From Sedimentisphaerales bacterium (GTDB lineage Bacteria; Planctomycetota; Phycisphaerae; Sedimentisphaerales; SM23-30), in contig CAXXFK010000015.1 in the NCBI GenBank assembly GCA_963663965.2, forward strand, positions 192,001-256,000: 64,000 nt of DNA, written 5' to 3'. Positions 1 to 10,834 of this stretch are shown one piece after another (the first letter of the stretch is position 1; every line of letters begins with the position of its first letter). The position numbers and the translations under genes are program-made. Below the pieces are notes generated by a model that saw only the letters and a list, made by a program, of their open reading frames with translations, was not told the DNA's origin and made no database searches.

Positions 1-1157
1 TGAAAACCCGGCATGAAACGCAGATGGAAACCATTACACTGGCTGCGGCGCGCAGCGAATTCCCCAAACCCGAGGACATCTTGAAGGGACTCTATTCATC
101 CAGTACCAGCGATACCATCCCAGCTGAATTGCAGACGACCGATTACAACAAAGAGGCCATACGCGATCAGCGTGATGGCAAAGGCCGCATGCAGGTTCGG
201 CGCGCGTTACTTGAGGCCATGACCGAAGAAATGATCCGTGATCAACGCGTTGTGGTTTATGGTGAAGACGTTGCCGAATATGGCGGAGCCTTCGCCGTTA
301 CGGCTGGTCTGATCGATATTTTTGGCCGTGACCGGGTATTTAATACCGCCATCTCCGAAGCGACGATCTGCGGTTCCGCAGTCGGCATGGCCATCACCGG
401 CCTGCGCCCTGTTTGCGAACTCATGTATATCGATTTCATCCTGATGAGTATGGACCAACTCGGCAATCAGGCGGCTAAAAATAAGTACATGTTTGGCGGT
501 CATGCCAAAATTCCCATGGTCTGCCGATGCGCGATTGGCGGTGGCAAAGGCTACGCCGGCCAGCATTCCCAGAGTCTCGAAGCAGTCGCCACCATGATCC
601 CCGGCCTCAAGGTCGTGGCGCCTTACACGGCTGCCGATGCGAAAGGCCTGCTCAAAACCGCCATTCGCGATGACAATCCGGTCATTTTCCTCGAACATCA
701 GTTGCTCTACGGCGAACGCGGCGAAGTCCCCGCCGGGGATTTCCTCGTTCCATTCGGCAAGGCAGCAATTTTACGGGAAGGTACTGACGTCAGCCTGATC
801 GCCTACAGTTATATGACCCTCATCGCCGAAAAAGCGGCTGATCTGCTGGCACAAAAAGGCGTTTCTGCTGAGGTCGTAGATGTTCGCAGCCTGATCCCGC
901 TGGATAGCGAAACCATAGCCGCATCAGTCAAAAAGACTAACTACGGCGCCATCTTATCTCAGGCTCCCGGAACCGGTTGCTTTGGCGAACATATTGCCCG
1001 TAGAATCAACGAACTGGCATTTGATTACCTCGATGCCCCGATTGAACTCATCGCTTCCTACGATTGCCCGCCTCCCATGGCGCCTACTCTTGAAGATGAA
1101 TTTATGCCCAACCCGCAGAAAGTCTGCGATAAAGTTCTTAAAATGCTCAATAAATAA
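1..1157 (+). CDS. 2-oxoacid (pyruvate/acetoin-type) dehydrogenase E1, beta domain of a probable alpha-beta fusion; 5'-truncated by window
   Basis: GEDVAEYGG, RVFNTAISE, QHSQSLE, DNPVIFLEH beta motifs; frame is open upstream of ATG 24 to the window edge and reads like an E1-alpha C-terminus (SEFPKPEDILKGLY). Confidence 0.85.
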   Translation, partial: KTRHETQMETITLAAARSEFPKPEDILKGLYSSSTSDTIPAELQTTDYNKEAIRDQRDGKGRMQVRRALLEAMTEEMIRDQRVVVYGEDVAEYGGAFAVTAGLIDIFGRDRVFNTAISEATICGSAVGMAITGLRPVCELMYIDFILMSMDQLGNQAAKNKYMFGGHAKIPMVCRCAIGGGKGYAGQHSQSLEAVATMIPGLKVVAPYTAADAKGLLKTAIRDDNPVIFLEHQLLYGERGEVPAGDFLVPFGKAAILREGTDVSLIAYSYMTLIAEKAADLLAQKGVSAEVVDVRSLIPLDSETIAASVKKTNYGAILSQAPGTGCFGEHIARRINELAFDYLDAPIELIASYDCPPPMAPTLEDEFMPNPQKVCDKVLKMLNK

Positions 1158-1267
1158 CTTTGGATATATTGGCCCTGGTGACCGGGTAGGCCTGATGTTT
1201 CCTTTCCTTCCAAACCATTATGATCAGGCTTACCCGAGTCACATTTCTTGCAGGAGTAATCGATTCA

Positions 1268-2938
1268 ATGGCCACCGAAATCAAAATACCCGTTCCCGAT
1301 CAGACGACTACTGAAGTTCGTATTGTTGAATGGAAAATCAAACCAGGCGATACGGTCAAACACGGCCAGGTTATTCTGGAAGTCGAATCGGACAAATCTG
1401 TTATCGAAGTGGAATCCCCGGCCGATGGTACCGTACTAAAGCTTCTAGCTCAGGTCGATGACATGGTCCCGGTTGCTCAGGTCGTCGGCTTTATCGGCCA
1501 GTCAGAGGAACCCATAGAAACACCTTTGCCTTCCCCTCCACCCGCCAATCCCTCACCGACCCCAGTAGCTTCTCCCCCACCAGTAACAGATGAGCAGTTG
1601 CCCACAAGCGTTACTGAAATAAAAATCCCGGTACCCGACCAGACCACAACCGAGGTTCGCATTGTCGAGTGGAAAATCAATCCGGGCGACACAGTGAAAC
1701 GCGGCCAGGTGATCTTGGAAGTTGAATCGGACAAATCCGTCATTGAAGTGGAATCCCCTGCTGAGGGTGCGATCCTCAAGTTAACGGCCCAGGTAGATGA
1801 CATGGTCCCCGTCGCCGAAGTCGTCGGCTATATCGGCCAGCCTGGAACTCAACTTCCAGATACCAGCCAATCCCAATCGTCTCAAGCCAGTGAACCCACA
1901 GCTTCAATTGCGCCTCAAACAGTTGATGGCACAGCCAAGGCCTCCCCGCTGGCTCAAAAAACCGCTCAGGAACTGGAGGTGAATCTGACGACCATACAGG
2001 GTACAGGTATTCACGGTAAAATCATGCGGGCCGATGTGGTTGGTCATCCGGATAAACCGGTTGGTTCCAGAGAGAGAGTTATCGCCTCTCCCAATGCCCG
2101 GCGACTGGCTCGTGAACTCAATGTCGATTTAACCGCCATTTCAGCCGGCAGTGGCGCCGGGGGCCGCATCGTGGGCAAAGATGTCCAGGCCCTGGCCGCC
2201 AACGGACCCACCGCAACAACTCCTGCTCCTGCTACAGCACCGGCGAGCGCCGGTTCACCTCTTCCCGGCACCGTTGAACCCCTGTCAAAAATGCGCCGGG
2301 CAATTGGCAACAATCTGCAAATGAGTTTTCGTGACACCCCTCATTTTAATGTCACCATGGCCATTGACATGACCCAGGCGATCTCATTTCGCGCCATGTA
2401 CAATTCCGGCAAGGATAAATCCACCCAGATATCCGTCAACGATCTGGTTGTCCGCGCCACTGCCAATGCCATGAAACAATTCCCAGTGGTCAATAGCCGC
2501 CTGGTCGATAACGCCATTCACTATCTGGCCGATATTAATATCGGTATCGCTACTGCGCTGGATTCCGGCCTGGTTGTGCCTGTCCTGGCCCATGCCGACC
2601 AGAAAAACTGGGCTCAACTCGCCGCCGAAACCAAACGTCTGGCCACCGAAGCGCGCAACGGGAAGATTATCGGAGCCGGCAAAGGCACTTTTACCATCTC
2701 CAATCTGGGCATGTTCGGTGTCGATCAGTTTACTGCCATTATAAATCCGGGAGAATGCGCCATCATGGCCGTTGGCGCCTTGCAACAGGAAGTTGTCGTA
2801 ATTGACGGCATGATTGGCATTAAGCCCATGATGAAAATCACCCTCTGCAGCGATCACCGTATTATTGATGGCGCCACAGCTGCCCGTTTCCTGTTGGCGC
2901 TTAAACAATATCTCGAAAGAGATATCATTGAAGGGTAA
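1268..2938 (+). CDS. Dihydrolipoamide acyltransferase (E2) with two lipoyl domains and two subunit-binding domains
   Basis: Two ESDKS lipoyl motifs; ASPLA..GTGIHGKI and ASPNA..GSGAGGRI PSBDs; GTFTISNLG and DHRIIDG; AGGAG RBS before ATG 1268. Confidence 0.92.
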   Translation: MATEIKIPVPDQTTTEVRIVEWKIKPGDTVKHGQVILEVESDKSVIEVESPADGTVLKLLAQVDDMVPVAQVVGFIGQSEEPIETPLPSPPPANPSPTPVASPPPVTDEQLPTSVTEIKIPVPDQTTTEVRIVEWKINPGDTVKRGQVILEVESDKSVIEVESPAEGAILKLTAQVDDMVPVAEVVGYIGQPGTQLPDTSQSQSSQASEPTASIAPQTVDGTAKASPLAQKTAQELEVNLTTIQGTGIHGKIMRADVVGHPDKPVGSRERVIASPNARRLARELNVDLTAISAGSGAGGRIVGKDVQALAANGPTATTPAPATAPASAGSPLPGTVEPLSKMRRAIGNNLQMSFRDTPHFNVTMAIDMTQAISFRAMYNSGKDKSTQISVNDLVVRATANAMKQFPVVNSRLVDNAIHYLADINIGIATALDSGLVVPVLAHADQKNWAQLAAETKRLATEARNGKIIGAGKGTFTISNLGMFGVDQFTAIINPGECAIMAVGALQQEVVVIDGMIGIKPMMKITLCSDHRIIDGATAARFLLALKQYLERDIIEG

Positions 2939-2962
2939 AATTTTCGGTTCGAATGCAATATC

Positions 2963-2985
2963 AGGCGGCTCATAGCCGCCTTTTT
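2963..2985 (+). terminator. Intrinsic terminator after E2
   Basis: AGGCGGCT-cat-AGCCGCCT followed by T run. Confidence 0.7.
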
Positions 2986-3450
2986 ATTTCAATAATTCAC
3001 AGGCGACTTTCACAACGACCTTTTTAACCCCAGCCTTTTCCCCTGCCAGGGCAATTCCCGGCAAATGACCATCGTGCGGATAAAACACGGCTATTGAACC
3101 AGGTTCCATAACAAGCGAGCTGACTGCGATGTGATCATGATAGTAAAATATGACATCCCGTTCAGTATCGTAAGGTCCGGATGGGCGCAAAAAGACCCAC
3201 TGGAGAGAACAAGATCCGTTCACTTCCATTCAAGAGATATTGTACATCAACATATTTCTGGTGGGACTCAAATTGCCCTTCAGCTTCAAACCTGGTCTGA
3301 TATTCGGATATAACGGCAAATATCTCATGCCCCCGTAACTCATACTTTCCCGGTTCTGGATCAGTCAATCCTCTGAGATAGTCAGCAACAATGACCCATG
3401 CCTCTCCCAATTGATAATAGTTACTATAAATCCAGCCTGTCAAAAATCAT
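2984..3450 (-). pseudogene. YhcH/YjgK/YiaL family protein with two apparent frameshifts
   Basis: MIFDRLD start; FESHQKYVDVQYLLNGSERI and FYPHDGHLP..VKKVVVKV lie in different frames; breaks at T runs (~3428, ~3189-3193). Confidence 0.75.
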
Positions 3451-3562
3451 TAAGTTCATGCTCCAATTGAAACCTGTTCTCGGTTATGTTTTGCCTCCAT
3501 CAGTAAGCAATCCGATTCGAGTATCATTACTCTCTTCCAGCATCAACACAAACACCATTCTA

Positions 3563-4000
3563 CTATGGATAACAATTCATTTCCAGCCAATACCGACAAA
3601 ATAATGTTAACTGCTCAGAAAAACCTTTGAAAATCCAACGGTTTGGTTAAAAAAACTGTTGGCATGATATTCATAAGCCTTCTTAACATCAGCCTCAGCG
3701 GCCGAAGTCGATAATACAATAATCGGAATCGAGCATAGATTCTTATTCTGCTTTACTGTTTGCAACACCTCCAGACCATCTAAACGAGGCAGTCGCAAAT
3801 CAAGCAGAATCACATCCGGTCTTTGCACGGTAGTATCGTTAAGATACGTACCTTGCTGAAAAATATAATCGACTGCCGCCTGACCATCTGATATATGGCG
3901 TAATTCGATTGGCGCAGGTGCAACATTTCAGACTGCGTCGGATAATCTCGGCATGGGCCGGATCGTCTTCAATCATGAGGACATGAAATTCTTTTGCCAT
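3563..4000 (-). pseudogene. Single-domain response regulator (Rcp1-like) with apparent homopolymer frameshifts
   Basis: MAKEFHVLMIEDDPAH.., PDVILLDLRLPRLDG, ANSFLTKP..YWL can be joined only by removing three single bases in A/T runs. Confidence 0.75.
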
Positions 4001-4001
4001 A

Positions 4002-7000
4002 CTAACTCTCCTGGCCAGAAAGGATATGTGTCTTCATTAAGGTGAATTTAAAAGTAGTCCCAGTGCCGGAACCTTTAGATTCAACCCAAATACGTCCACC
4101 ATGGACCCGAACAATTCGCTGGACTAACGTCAGGCCGATTCCCGTCCCTTCCTTGGCAGGATCTAACTTTTCAAACAAGCGAAATAGCCGGCTGTGATAT
4201 TCAGGCTCAACCCCGATCCCATTATCTTTAACGAACAAAACCGGTTCTTCCTCAATACATTCCACACCGATTTCGACGTGTGGTTCGGGTTGATTACCCA
4301 TGAATTTTGCCGCGTTATCGAGCAGATTCTGATACAATTCCCGTAATCGGCGTCGATCACCGAACAGCATTACTGGGGTATCGGTAATAGTAACCTTTAT
4401 CCCCCCCTCAACATACCGTCCGGCTACCAGATCCAGTGTTTCCTGAATCAGTTCCTGCAAAGTCAATTTTACCGGATCGTTCACGATCCGTCCGATACGA
4501 GATAATTCCAATAACTCCTCCAGCAACTGGCTCATTTTTTCTGCCGCGTTGCTGATATAATTCATATCCGATTCAGCCTTCTTTAAATCCCCTTTTCCCC
4601 AGTCTTCTTTTAAATATCCTAAAAATGCCCGGATCGTTACCAGCGGACTCTTGAGATCATGCGAAACGGTATAAGTAAACCGTGCCATTTCTTCGTTGCG
4701 TTGCTCCAGTTCCTCCCTTTGTTGAATGCGTTCGGTAATATCTTCAAACACCGTCGCGAATCGATCCTTAAACGGAGATACGACGTAAATCCTGAAATGT
4801 CTTTGCATCGGCTCAAACCAGGTCTCGAATGTATAAGATTCACCCGTTCTGGCAACCTGCTCGAAATAGTCAAAATACGGAGGCTTGCCGGTCCTGTACA
4901 ATTCACTGGCCAGTAATCCACGGACGGATATGGCCTCGAGCCCCGTGTGCTTTTCGTAAGCGGGATTGACATCGATAATCCTGTAATCAACCGCTTCCCC
5001 CTGCTCATTGCGAATAATTTCATGCAAGGCCACACCTTCTGTCATCGTCTCGAACAATGACCGGAATTTTTCCTCGCTTTCCCGAAGCGCCCGCTCGGCT
5101 TTTATTCGGGCGGTAATATCATCAAATGTGGCGTATACCCCATAAGGCCGCGCTCCCCCCTGCCGATATTGGGGAACCGCCGTAATATTCAACCAGATAT
5201 GATCCTTCCGCATAGGTTGATATACGCCCATCACTTGATTATATACGGTCTCACCGGTCTGTAACGCAATCATGGCCGGATGACGGTCGCCCGGCACCAC
5301 ATTACCATCGATATCAATCGACTGCCAATGGGAATCTTCAGAACTTTTCCCTTTCATGTCCTCCTGGCTGATTCCCAGTATTCGCTCTGCGGCAGGATTG
5401 GCCATAATGATTTTGCCATGCTGATCTTGATAGACAACTCCCGGGGCCATGGTTTCAAACAGCGTTCTGAACCGTTCCTCACTTTCACATAGAGCCTCTT
5501 CGATTTTCTTTCGGGCGGTAATGTCATGAAATAACGTGGCAAATCGACCACGATCCGGACAATAAGCCAACACTTCATAATGCCGCCCCAAGGCACCGCT
5601 GTAATTTTCAAAATGGATCGACTCTCCGGTCATTGCGACACGTCCATAGGTTTCGATCCAGTATTTTTCAGTATCTGGCATACACGCTAAAACCGTTCTG
5701 CCAATCAAATCAGACGCTTTCAATCCGGTCAGGCGTTCAAAGGCCGGATTGATTTCCAGAAAACGATAATCGCATGGCTGCCCCGATTCATTCAAAATGA
5801 CTTCGTGCAACGCAAAACCTGAATTAATCTCTTCGAATAACTGGCGGTAACGGCGTTCACTTTCTTGAAGAGCCTGTTCTGCCTGCTTACGCTCAGTGAT
5901 ATCTTCAAAGGCTACTCCCAGTTTTTCGCCCGTCATCCAGAAGGCTATTACCTTAAATGCTCCCGCCAGGCGCCCATCAGCATAAATGATAGTATCGTCG
6001 ACATAAGACTTGTGAGTTTGCATGACTTGCAAAAATTTTTCCGTGAGCCCCCGTCTGCGGGCATCTGGCCAGATATCATTAAATTCTTTACCCCTGCATT
6101 CATCCAGGGCAAGCTGGGTGTAATTTAAGGCGGCGGGGTTGGCATCCACGAACATCAATTTATCCGGTTCGATATATTGATAAATAAATAAACCCGAAGG
6201 TATCGATTTGACGACTTCGGTAGAGGCCTTGATAATTTCTTCCGCTCGCTTCATCTCAGTGATATCGCTGCAAATCCCTAATACTCCCTGGATAACGCCA
6301 TTTGTGTCCCGAAAAGGAACTTTGGTGGTATCCACGTCACAACGACTGCCATCGACCCGTTCCATCGGTTCAATGATATGCCATTTTGCCGCCCCCGATC
6401 GAATGACCTCTTGATCGTCTTTGCGGTAATCGTTTGCCTCCGATTCCGGCCAGGGCATATCATAATCGGTCTTACCCTTAACGGCATCAGGATGATCAAA
6501 TCCGATATCCCTGGCAAACGCGAGGTTGCAACCAAGATAAACAGATTCACGATCTTTCCAGAAAATGGCCTGTGGTAAAACATCCAGCACCTGACGCAAC
6601 ATGTTCTGGTTCGCATGCAAAGTCTTTTCAATTCGTTTACGATTTACGATTTCCCCAATCAACAGGGCAGAAGCATGCAAACGCGCTTTGGCATTCTCGA
6701 TCATATAATACGGCCGCTTTTTATAGGCTTTCGATAATCGGGCTAATTCTTCAACAGGAATCCGATACCTGGCTGAAAGCTCTTCCAGAGTCTTTTTATC
6801 ACCTGGCGGCGTTCCATAACCGAAATTGATCGCGCCAACAATTTCATCTCCGGCCCGAATCGGCTCACTATAAAGCCTTAACCCCCCGTCGCAAGCCACA
6901 TCCACAGATTGGCCGCTCTCAATGGCTCGTAAAGAGGCTTTTCGCCAACAGGATTCATGACAAAGCCACTTGCCACACTCTAAAGCAACCGCATTATCTT

Positions 7001-8048
7001 CTGTATCACATAATAGACGCGATGCCTGATCCAGACATTGACACCAGTTCGAGGAAAATATCCCAACGGCATAATCCCCATTCTTCTCATACACGGCCGC
7101 GGAAGTTTCCAGCAAAGACAAATATTCATTCACGACCTCTTCCAACAGAGGTTTTCCCACCGAATCTAAGATCAGCCTGGCGGTATTCAACCTCGTTAAA
7201 TCACCATAAGCAGGACACGCCTGGGGTTTGACCGGTCGCTGGGTTAACATCCATTCGACACTCTCCAACCGATCCGAAGCCTGCTTTATCCGGGTCTTAT
7301 CCCGGATGATGGATAGACCGGTGGATACCCCATTCCAGTTGAATAACTGCGTACGGATTTCAGACGGAACCTTCCGCCCATCCCGGGTAATCAGGGTCTT
7401 TTCCACAACCATTTCGTGCCCCGATTCCAATCCCGGCCATTGATCGGTCATTGTTTGCCTGTCATCCGGATCGATCAGATCGTCAAACCCCATTCCGGCA
7501 AGTTCTTTTTTGGTATACCCAAGTACCTCACAAACCTTGTTGTTCACCTGGGTGAAATGCCCTGCAATCCCATCCGAAACGAGGGGGTACATAACAATCA
7601 TTTCATTGGCGCCCACAAATAATAATTGATAAAACAGCTCGCTTAGATGCGCGTCGAAACCAACCGGATTGCTATCTGGCACTTCCTTCATATACCAGAC
7701 AAGGCTATCTTCACAACGAAATCCACTGAACTCTATCTGCTGTTTTATGCCTGATCGACGATAAATATAGTCTTTCGCTTGAAAGGACTCTCCACATTGA
7801 CAACATGAATTTACGAATCGGAAAAATTCTCCATTTTCATCCCGATGGACCATTTTAAACCATTGAGAAAGGCTCTTGATATCATTCGATCGGTAGCCCG
7901 TTAACTCCTCGGCCTTTCGATTCAAATGGATAGAATGCCCCTGACTCATCACCGCGGCTATAGGGAGGGTATCTACCCATACGAGCAAAGGATCTGGCTT
8001 GACAGATTCTTTATTGACCATAATCTGCATCTCTCGTTTCCCTGGCAA
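4002..8048 (-). CDS. Cytoplasmic multi-PAS sensor histidine kinase with PocR-like Cys-rich domain
   Basis: Repeated PAS ends (DITERK, DITARK); H-box FTYTVSHDLKSPL; NLLDNAAKF, DNGIG, GTGIGL; WCQ..CHESCW..CDGGL sensor segment. Confidence 0.9.
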   Translation of the reverse strand: MPGKREMQIMVNKESVKPDPLLVWVDTLPIAAVMSQGHSIHLNRKAEELTGYRSNDIKSLSQWFKMVHRDENGEFFRFVNSCCQCGESFQAKDYIYRRSGIKQQIEFSGFRCEDSLVWYMKEVPDSNPVGFDAHLSELFYQLLFVGANEMIVMYPLVSDGIAGHFTQVNNKVCEVLGYTKKELAGMGFDDLIDPDDRQTMTDQWPGLESGHEMVVEKTLITRDGRKVPSEIRTQLFNWNGVSTGLSIIRDKTRIKQASDRLESVEWMLTQRPVKPQACPAYGDLTRLNTARLILDSVGKPLLEEVVNEYLSLLETSAAVYEKNGDYAVGIFSSNWCQCLDQASRLLCDTEDNAVALECGKWLCHESCWRKASLRAIESGQSVDVACDGGLRLYSEPIRAGDEIVGAINFGYGTPPGDKKTLEELSARYRIPVEELARLSKAYKKRPYYMIENAKARLHASALLIGEIVNRKRIEKTLHANQNMLRQVLDVLPQAIFWKDRESVYLGCNLAFARDIGFDHPDAVKGKTDYDMPWPESEANDYRKDDQEVIRSGAAKWHIIEPMERVDGSRCDVDTTKVPFRDTNGVIQGVLGICSDITEMKRAEEIIKASTEVVKSIPSGLFIYQYIEPDKLMFVDANPAALNYTQLALDECRGKEFNDIWPDARRRGLTEKFLQVMQTHKSYVDDTIIYADGRLAGAFKVIAFWMTGEKLGVAFEDITERKQAEQALQESERRYRQLFEEINSGFALHEVILNESGQPCDYRFLEINPAFERLTGLKASDLIGRTVLACMPDTEKYWIETYGRVAMTGESIHFENYSGALGRHYEVLAYCPDRGRFATLFHDITARKKIEEALCESEERFRTLFETMAPGVVYQDQHGKIIMANPAAERILGISQEDMKGKSSEDSHWQSIDIDGNVVPGDRHPAMIALQTGETVYNQVMGVYQPMRKDHIWLNITAVPQYRQGGARPYGVYATFDDITARIKAERALRESEEKFRSLFETMTEGVALHEIIRNEQGEAVDYRIIDVNPAYEKHTGLEAISVRGLLASELYRTGKPPYFDYFEQVARTGESYTFETWFEPMQRHFRIYVVSPFKDRFATVFEDITERIQQREELEQRNEEMARFTYTVSHDLKSPLVTIRAFLGYLKEDWGKGDLKKAESDMNYISNAAEKMSQLLEELLELSRIGRIVNDPVKLTLQELIQETLDLVAGRYVEGGIKVTITDTPVMLFGDRRRLRELYQNLLDNAAKFMGNQPEPHVEIGVECIEEEPVLFVKDNGIGVEPEYHSRLFRLFEKLDPAKEGTGIGLTLVQRIVRVHGGRIWVESKGSGTGTTFKFTLMKTHILSGQES

Positions 8049-8413
8049 GAATTACGTATCATTTGAACATCCACTTTTGAATAAATTCTTGCCAGATATT
8101 GACTTAATATATCATCGGGTATATTTCCCATCCAATTTGATTAAATTAAACTTTGGATAATTTTATGATATTCTTCGCTTGATTACCAGCACTTTTATAA
8201 ATCTATCTTAACCCAAAACATTGTGGGCCGCCCTGTTTCGTCCCGCAAGATTATTGTTCATTGAAGCATGACAATTTTATTTGACATACAAAATTTACTT
8301 TGATTGGCGTACCAAAGTCACGGATTTGATTACCGACTTATCAGCAACCCAATCCGGACCAGGAAAAGAAGTTTAGCATTTTGCGTATTCTCTTTATCGA
8401 TCCTGACATTAAT

Positions 8414-8602
8414 TTAGGGTACCGCTGAAAATGGTTCTAACGGCGAAAGGAGGAGGCATTTTCTCTGGAAAGGAACAAACCACGGACATAGATGTCCATA
8501 CTCACGTTTTTTGTGAGGCTGCTTAGATGAAAACACTCATCTCGCGGCATAGGGAGTGCCCCCAGGATTGAATCCCTGAATGATTTTTTAAGGCGCCATT
8601 AA
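8414..8602. repeat. Degenerate palindromic MITE-like element, same family as 22695-22863
   Basis: Shares AGGGTACC start, GGCGAAAG, TTTTCTCTGG, TTTTTGTGA, CCCTGAATGA and TTAA end with the 22.7-kb copy. Confidence 0.65.
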
Positions 8603-8956
8603 TATTTTGAATTTCTCCAATTAGATAACCGTTTGAATTTCGATCATATCAGCAAAGAATCACTGACTGGTGATTGCACTCTCAAACTCAAACGTTAATC
8701 ATCGATTCTTTTAAATTTGTAATATTATTGCATTTAATCGTTCTGATATTAAATTAAATTTCACTTCCTGATAATTTCAATACTAGATGATAGATCTTAC
8801 ACAATTGCTGCAAATAGAATTACCCCCTTCATATCTCCTGTTCTTTTAAGGTATTTCCTCTATCAAATTTGACTTTTTCCTGGTCGGTTCATAACATTTA
8901 CCGTTCTTTGATAATTGAACCATTAAATAATCCTTTTTTGAAAGGGGGATTTTATT

Positions 8957-9718
8957 ATGAAGTTTAAAACAATCAGTTACGTGTTTCTCCTTTTGTTAGT
9001 TTATTCACAACTGCAGGCAGGCACAACGGACATTACCCGATTGACGGGTTACTATGTCACTGGCTTCAATGGCGGTGAATTCACCATTGGTCAACTGGAT
9101 TCCAATCTTCAAAGCTACCTGAATCAATATGCGGATGTCGCTAAGAATCGAGGAAATAATCCCAGTTTCCAATCATTCTGTCTTGAATTAAGTGAGCACA
9201 CTGACAGCAATGTCGATTACACAATCGACAATTATGCGATTAATGGCGGCGCCGGAGCAGATGCGAATCTCGGCGGTGATCCGCTTTCCGATCCTACGGC
9301 TTGGCTATACAAACAGTTTGCCACTGGTAAGATCAATGATTACGGTCCGGTTGTATACGATTACGATAATAATGCCAATCGGGCTATTTCTGCCAGAGGG
9401 ATGCAAAAAGCCATTTGGTTCCTCGAAGAAGTGATCAATTACGATGTCGAAGCCAAACAATTCCTCGACTTGTACAACAAAGTTGTCCAGAATGTGGATT
9501 CTTCCAGTTGGAATTCAACTGCCGAGTATTCGGTTTTACGGGGATACACCAATCAGCAAACCGGTGTGGCTGTTTTTAATCCATACGTTTATGGTAATAA
9601 TGGCGAGATACTTCATCGCCAGTCCCAGTTGATTCTGGTACCTGCACCGGGAGCGGTTATTTTAGGCAGCCTTGGTATGGTTGTGGTTAATTATCTGCGC
9701 AATCGCAAGAGATTCTGA
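8957..9718 (+). CDS. Secreted PEP-CTERM-type exosortase substrate
   Basis: N-terminal signal peptide, SFCLE motif, C-terminal VPAPGA + hydrophobic helix + RNRKRF. Confidence 0.8.
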   Translation: MKFKTISYVFLLLLVYSQLQAGTTDITRLTGYYVTGFNGGEFTIGQLDSNLQSYLNQYADVAKNRGNNPSFQSFCLELSEHTDSNVDYTIDNYAINGGAGADANLGGDPLSDPTAWLYKQFATGKINDYGPVVYDYDNNANRAISARGMQKAIWFLEEVINYDVEAKQFLDLYNKVVQNVDSSSWNSTAEYSVLRGYTNQQTGVAVFNPYVYGNNGEILHRQSQLILVPAPGAVILGSLGMVVVNYLRNRKRF

Positions 9719-9805
9719 TAGATTATTTTATCAGAATTAAAATGGAATTCGAAGAGGAATTTGTATTAAAACAAGGAGGTCAGGAAGTGTGTTAGTGAAG
9801 GCAGG

Positions 9806-9838
9806 AAAAAAGCCGCGAATACTATTCGCGGCTTTTTT
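9806..9838. terminator. Bidirectional intrinsic terminator
   Basis: AAAAAAGCCGCGAAT-act-ATTCGCGGCTTTTTT between convergent genes. Confidence 0.85.
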
Positions 9839-9881
9839 ATTTATATTTTGTCGTGATAACCTTGATATGACTACTGGCTTT

Positions 9882-10679
9882 TCAATGGGTTTTGTGAGAA
9901 AATTTTGTCGCGGTCTGGTTTTGACGTTGATAAACATTAACCACTCGTCCTAATCGACGCATTATATTCCTGCCCTCTTCTGTCAGTTCCAGTCCAACAA
10001 ACTGGAATCCAACCAGATTGGAGTCTGCATCCAGATGAGTGGAATGACGATAACGCCCTTGAGCAATGACGCTTTCCTGCCCGGGCAATGGCGTGAATTG
10101 CACCTGGCATAATTGATCATCCGGCCATCCCGGCAAATGATTGCTGTCTACCGCGACACCTATGCCGCCGGTTGAAAGATTCTCTAACACGCCGGCATGT
10201 TGTTCGCCTGCATCGTCAATCGACCAGAAATGAACCTCAACATTCATGTCGCCTGGAACATTCGTTCGCTCGAAAGCGCGTCGTTGAATTTTCTCAACCT
10301 GCTCTGGAACATAAATTGTCAATGAAGCCGCTTTCTCGCCCGATGGAAACTCAAATTCATCCTGTGATATAATCCGACTGGTAAATAAACACTTATTATA
10401 GCCCTTTTTGAAGGTAATGGCTATTTCCTGACCGGCGATGGCTTCCATTCCCGGATGATCACCCTCTGCCACCGGCAAAGCAATCTCCATCCGATAGGGA
10501 TACAACTTCAATATTGTCGATTTATAAACCTTCCACTGATTATCAGGACCGCGCTGGGTAATGGTCAATGGCAACGGTTTTTCCGCCGCAAACTCTAATA
10601 ATTTCCGGCATTCGTTTCCGGCGACAAACTTTCTCTTACGCATAAACTCGGTCCTCCGGTTTAGCTGGTCATTTGACAA
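9882..10679 (-). CDS. PilZ-domain c-di-GMP receptor, YcgR/flagellar-brake-like
   Basis: QRRAFER (RxxxR) and ENLSTGG (D/NxSxxG) motifs. Confidence 0.8.
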   Translation of the reverse strand: MSNDQLNRRTEFMRKRKFVAGNECRKLLEFAAEKPLPLTITQRGPDNQWKVYKSTILKLYPYRMEIALPVAEGDHPGMEAIAGQEIAITFKKGYNKCLFTSRIISQDEFEFPSGEKAASLTIYVPEQVEKIQRRAFERTNVPGDMNVEVHFWSIDDAGEQHAGVLENLSTGGIGVAVDSNHLPGWPDDQLCQVQFTPLPGQESVIAQGRYRHSTHLDADSNLVGFQFVGLELTEEGRNIMRRLGRVVNVYQRQNQTATKFSHKTH

Positions 10680-10834
10680 AAACTCACTTTATTACCGGTC
10701 TTTATACATCGAACCAGTACTCTATGACTATTTTCGTCCGCCGCAAGCAACGACATAAGCCAAAAGTTTAAGGGCGCAGCCAAAAATATTCAACTCACGC
10801 CCTGAATCATCATAAGCCTATGTAAACCAGAAGA

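Noticed and set aside
8049..8956. Riboswitch upstream of the PEP-CTERM gene
   Set aside because: No known aptamer recognised; the structured part matches the 22.7-kb repeat
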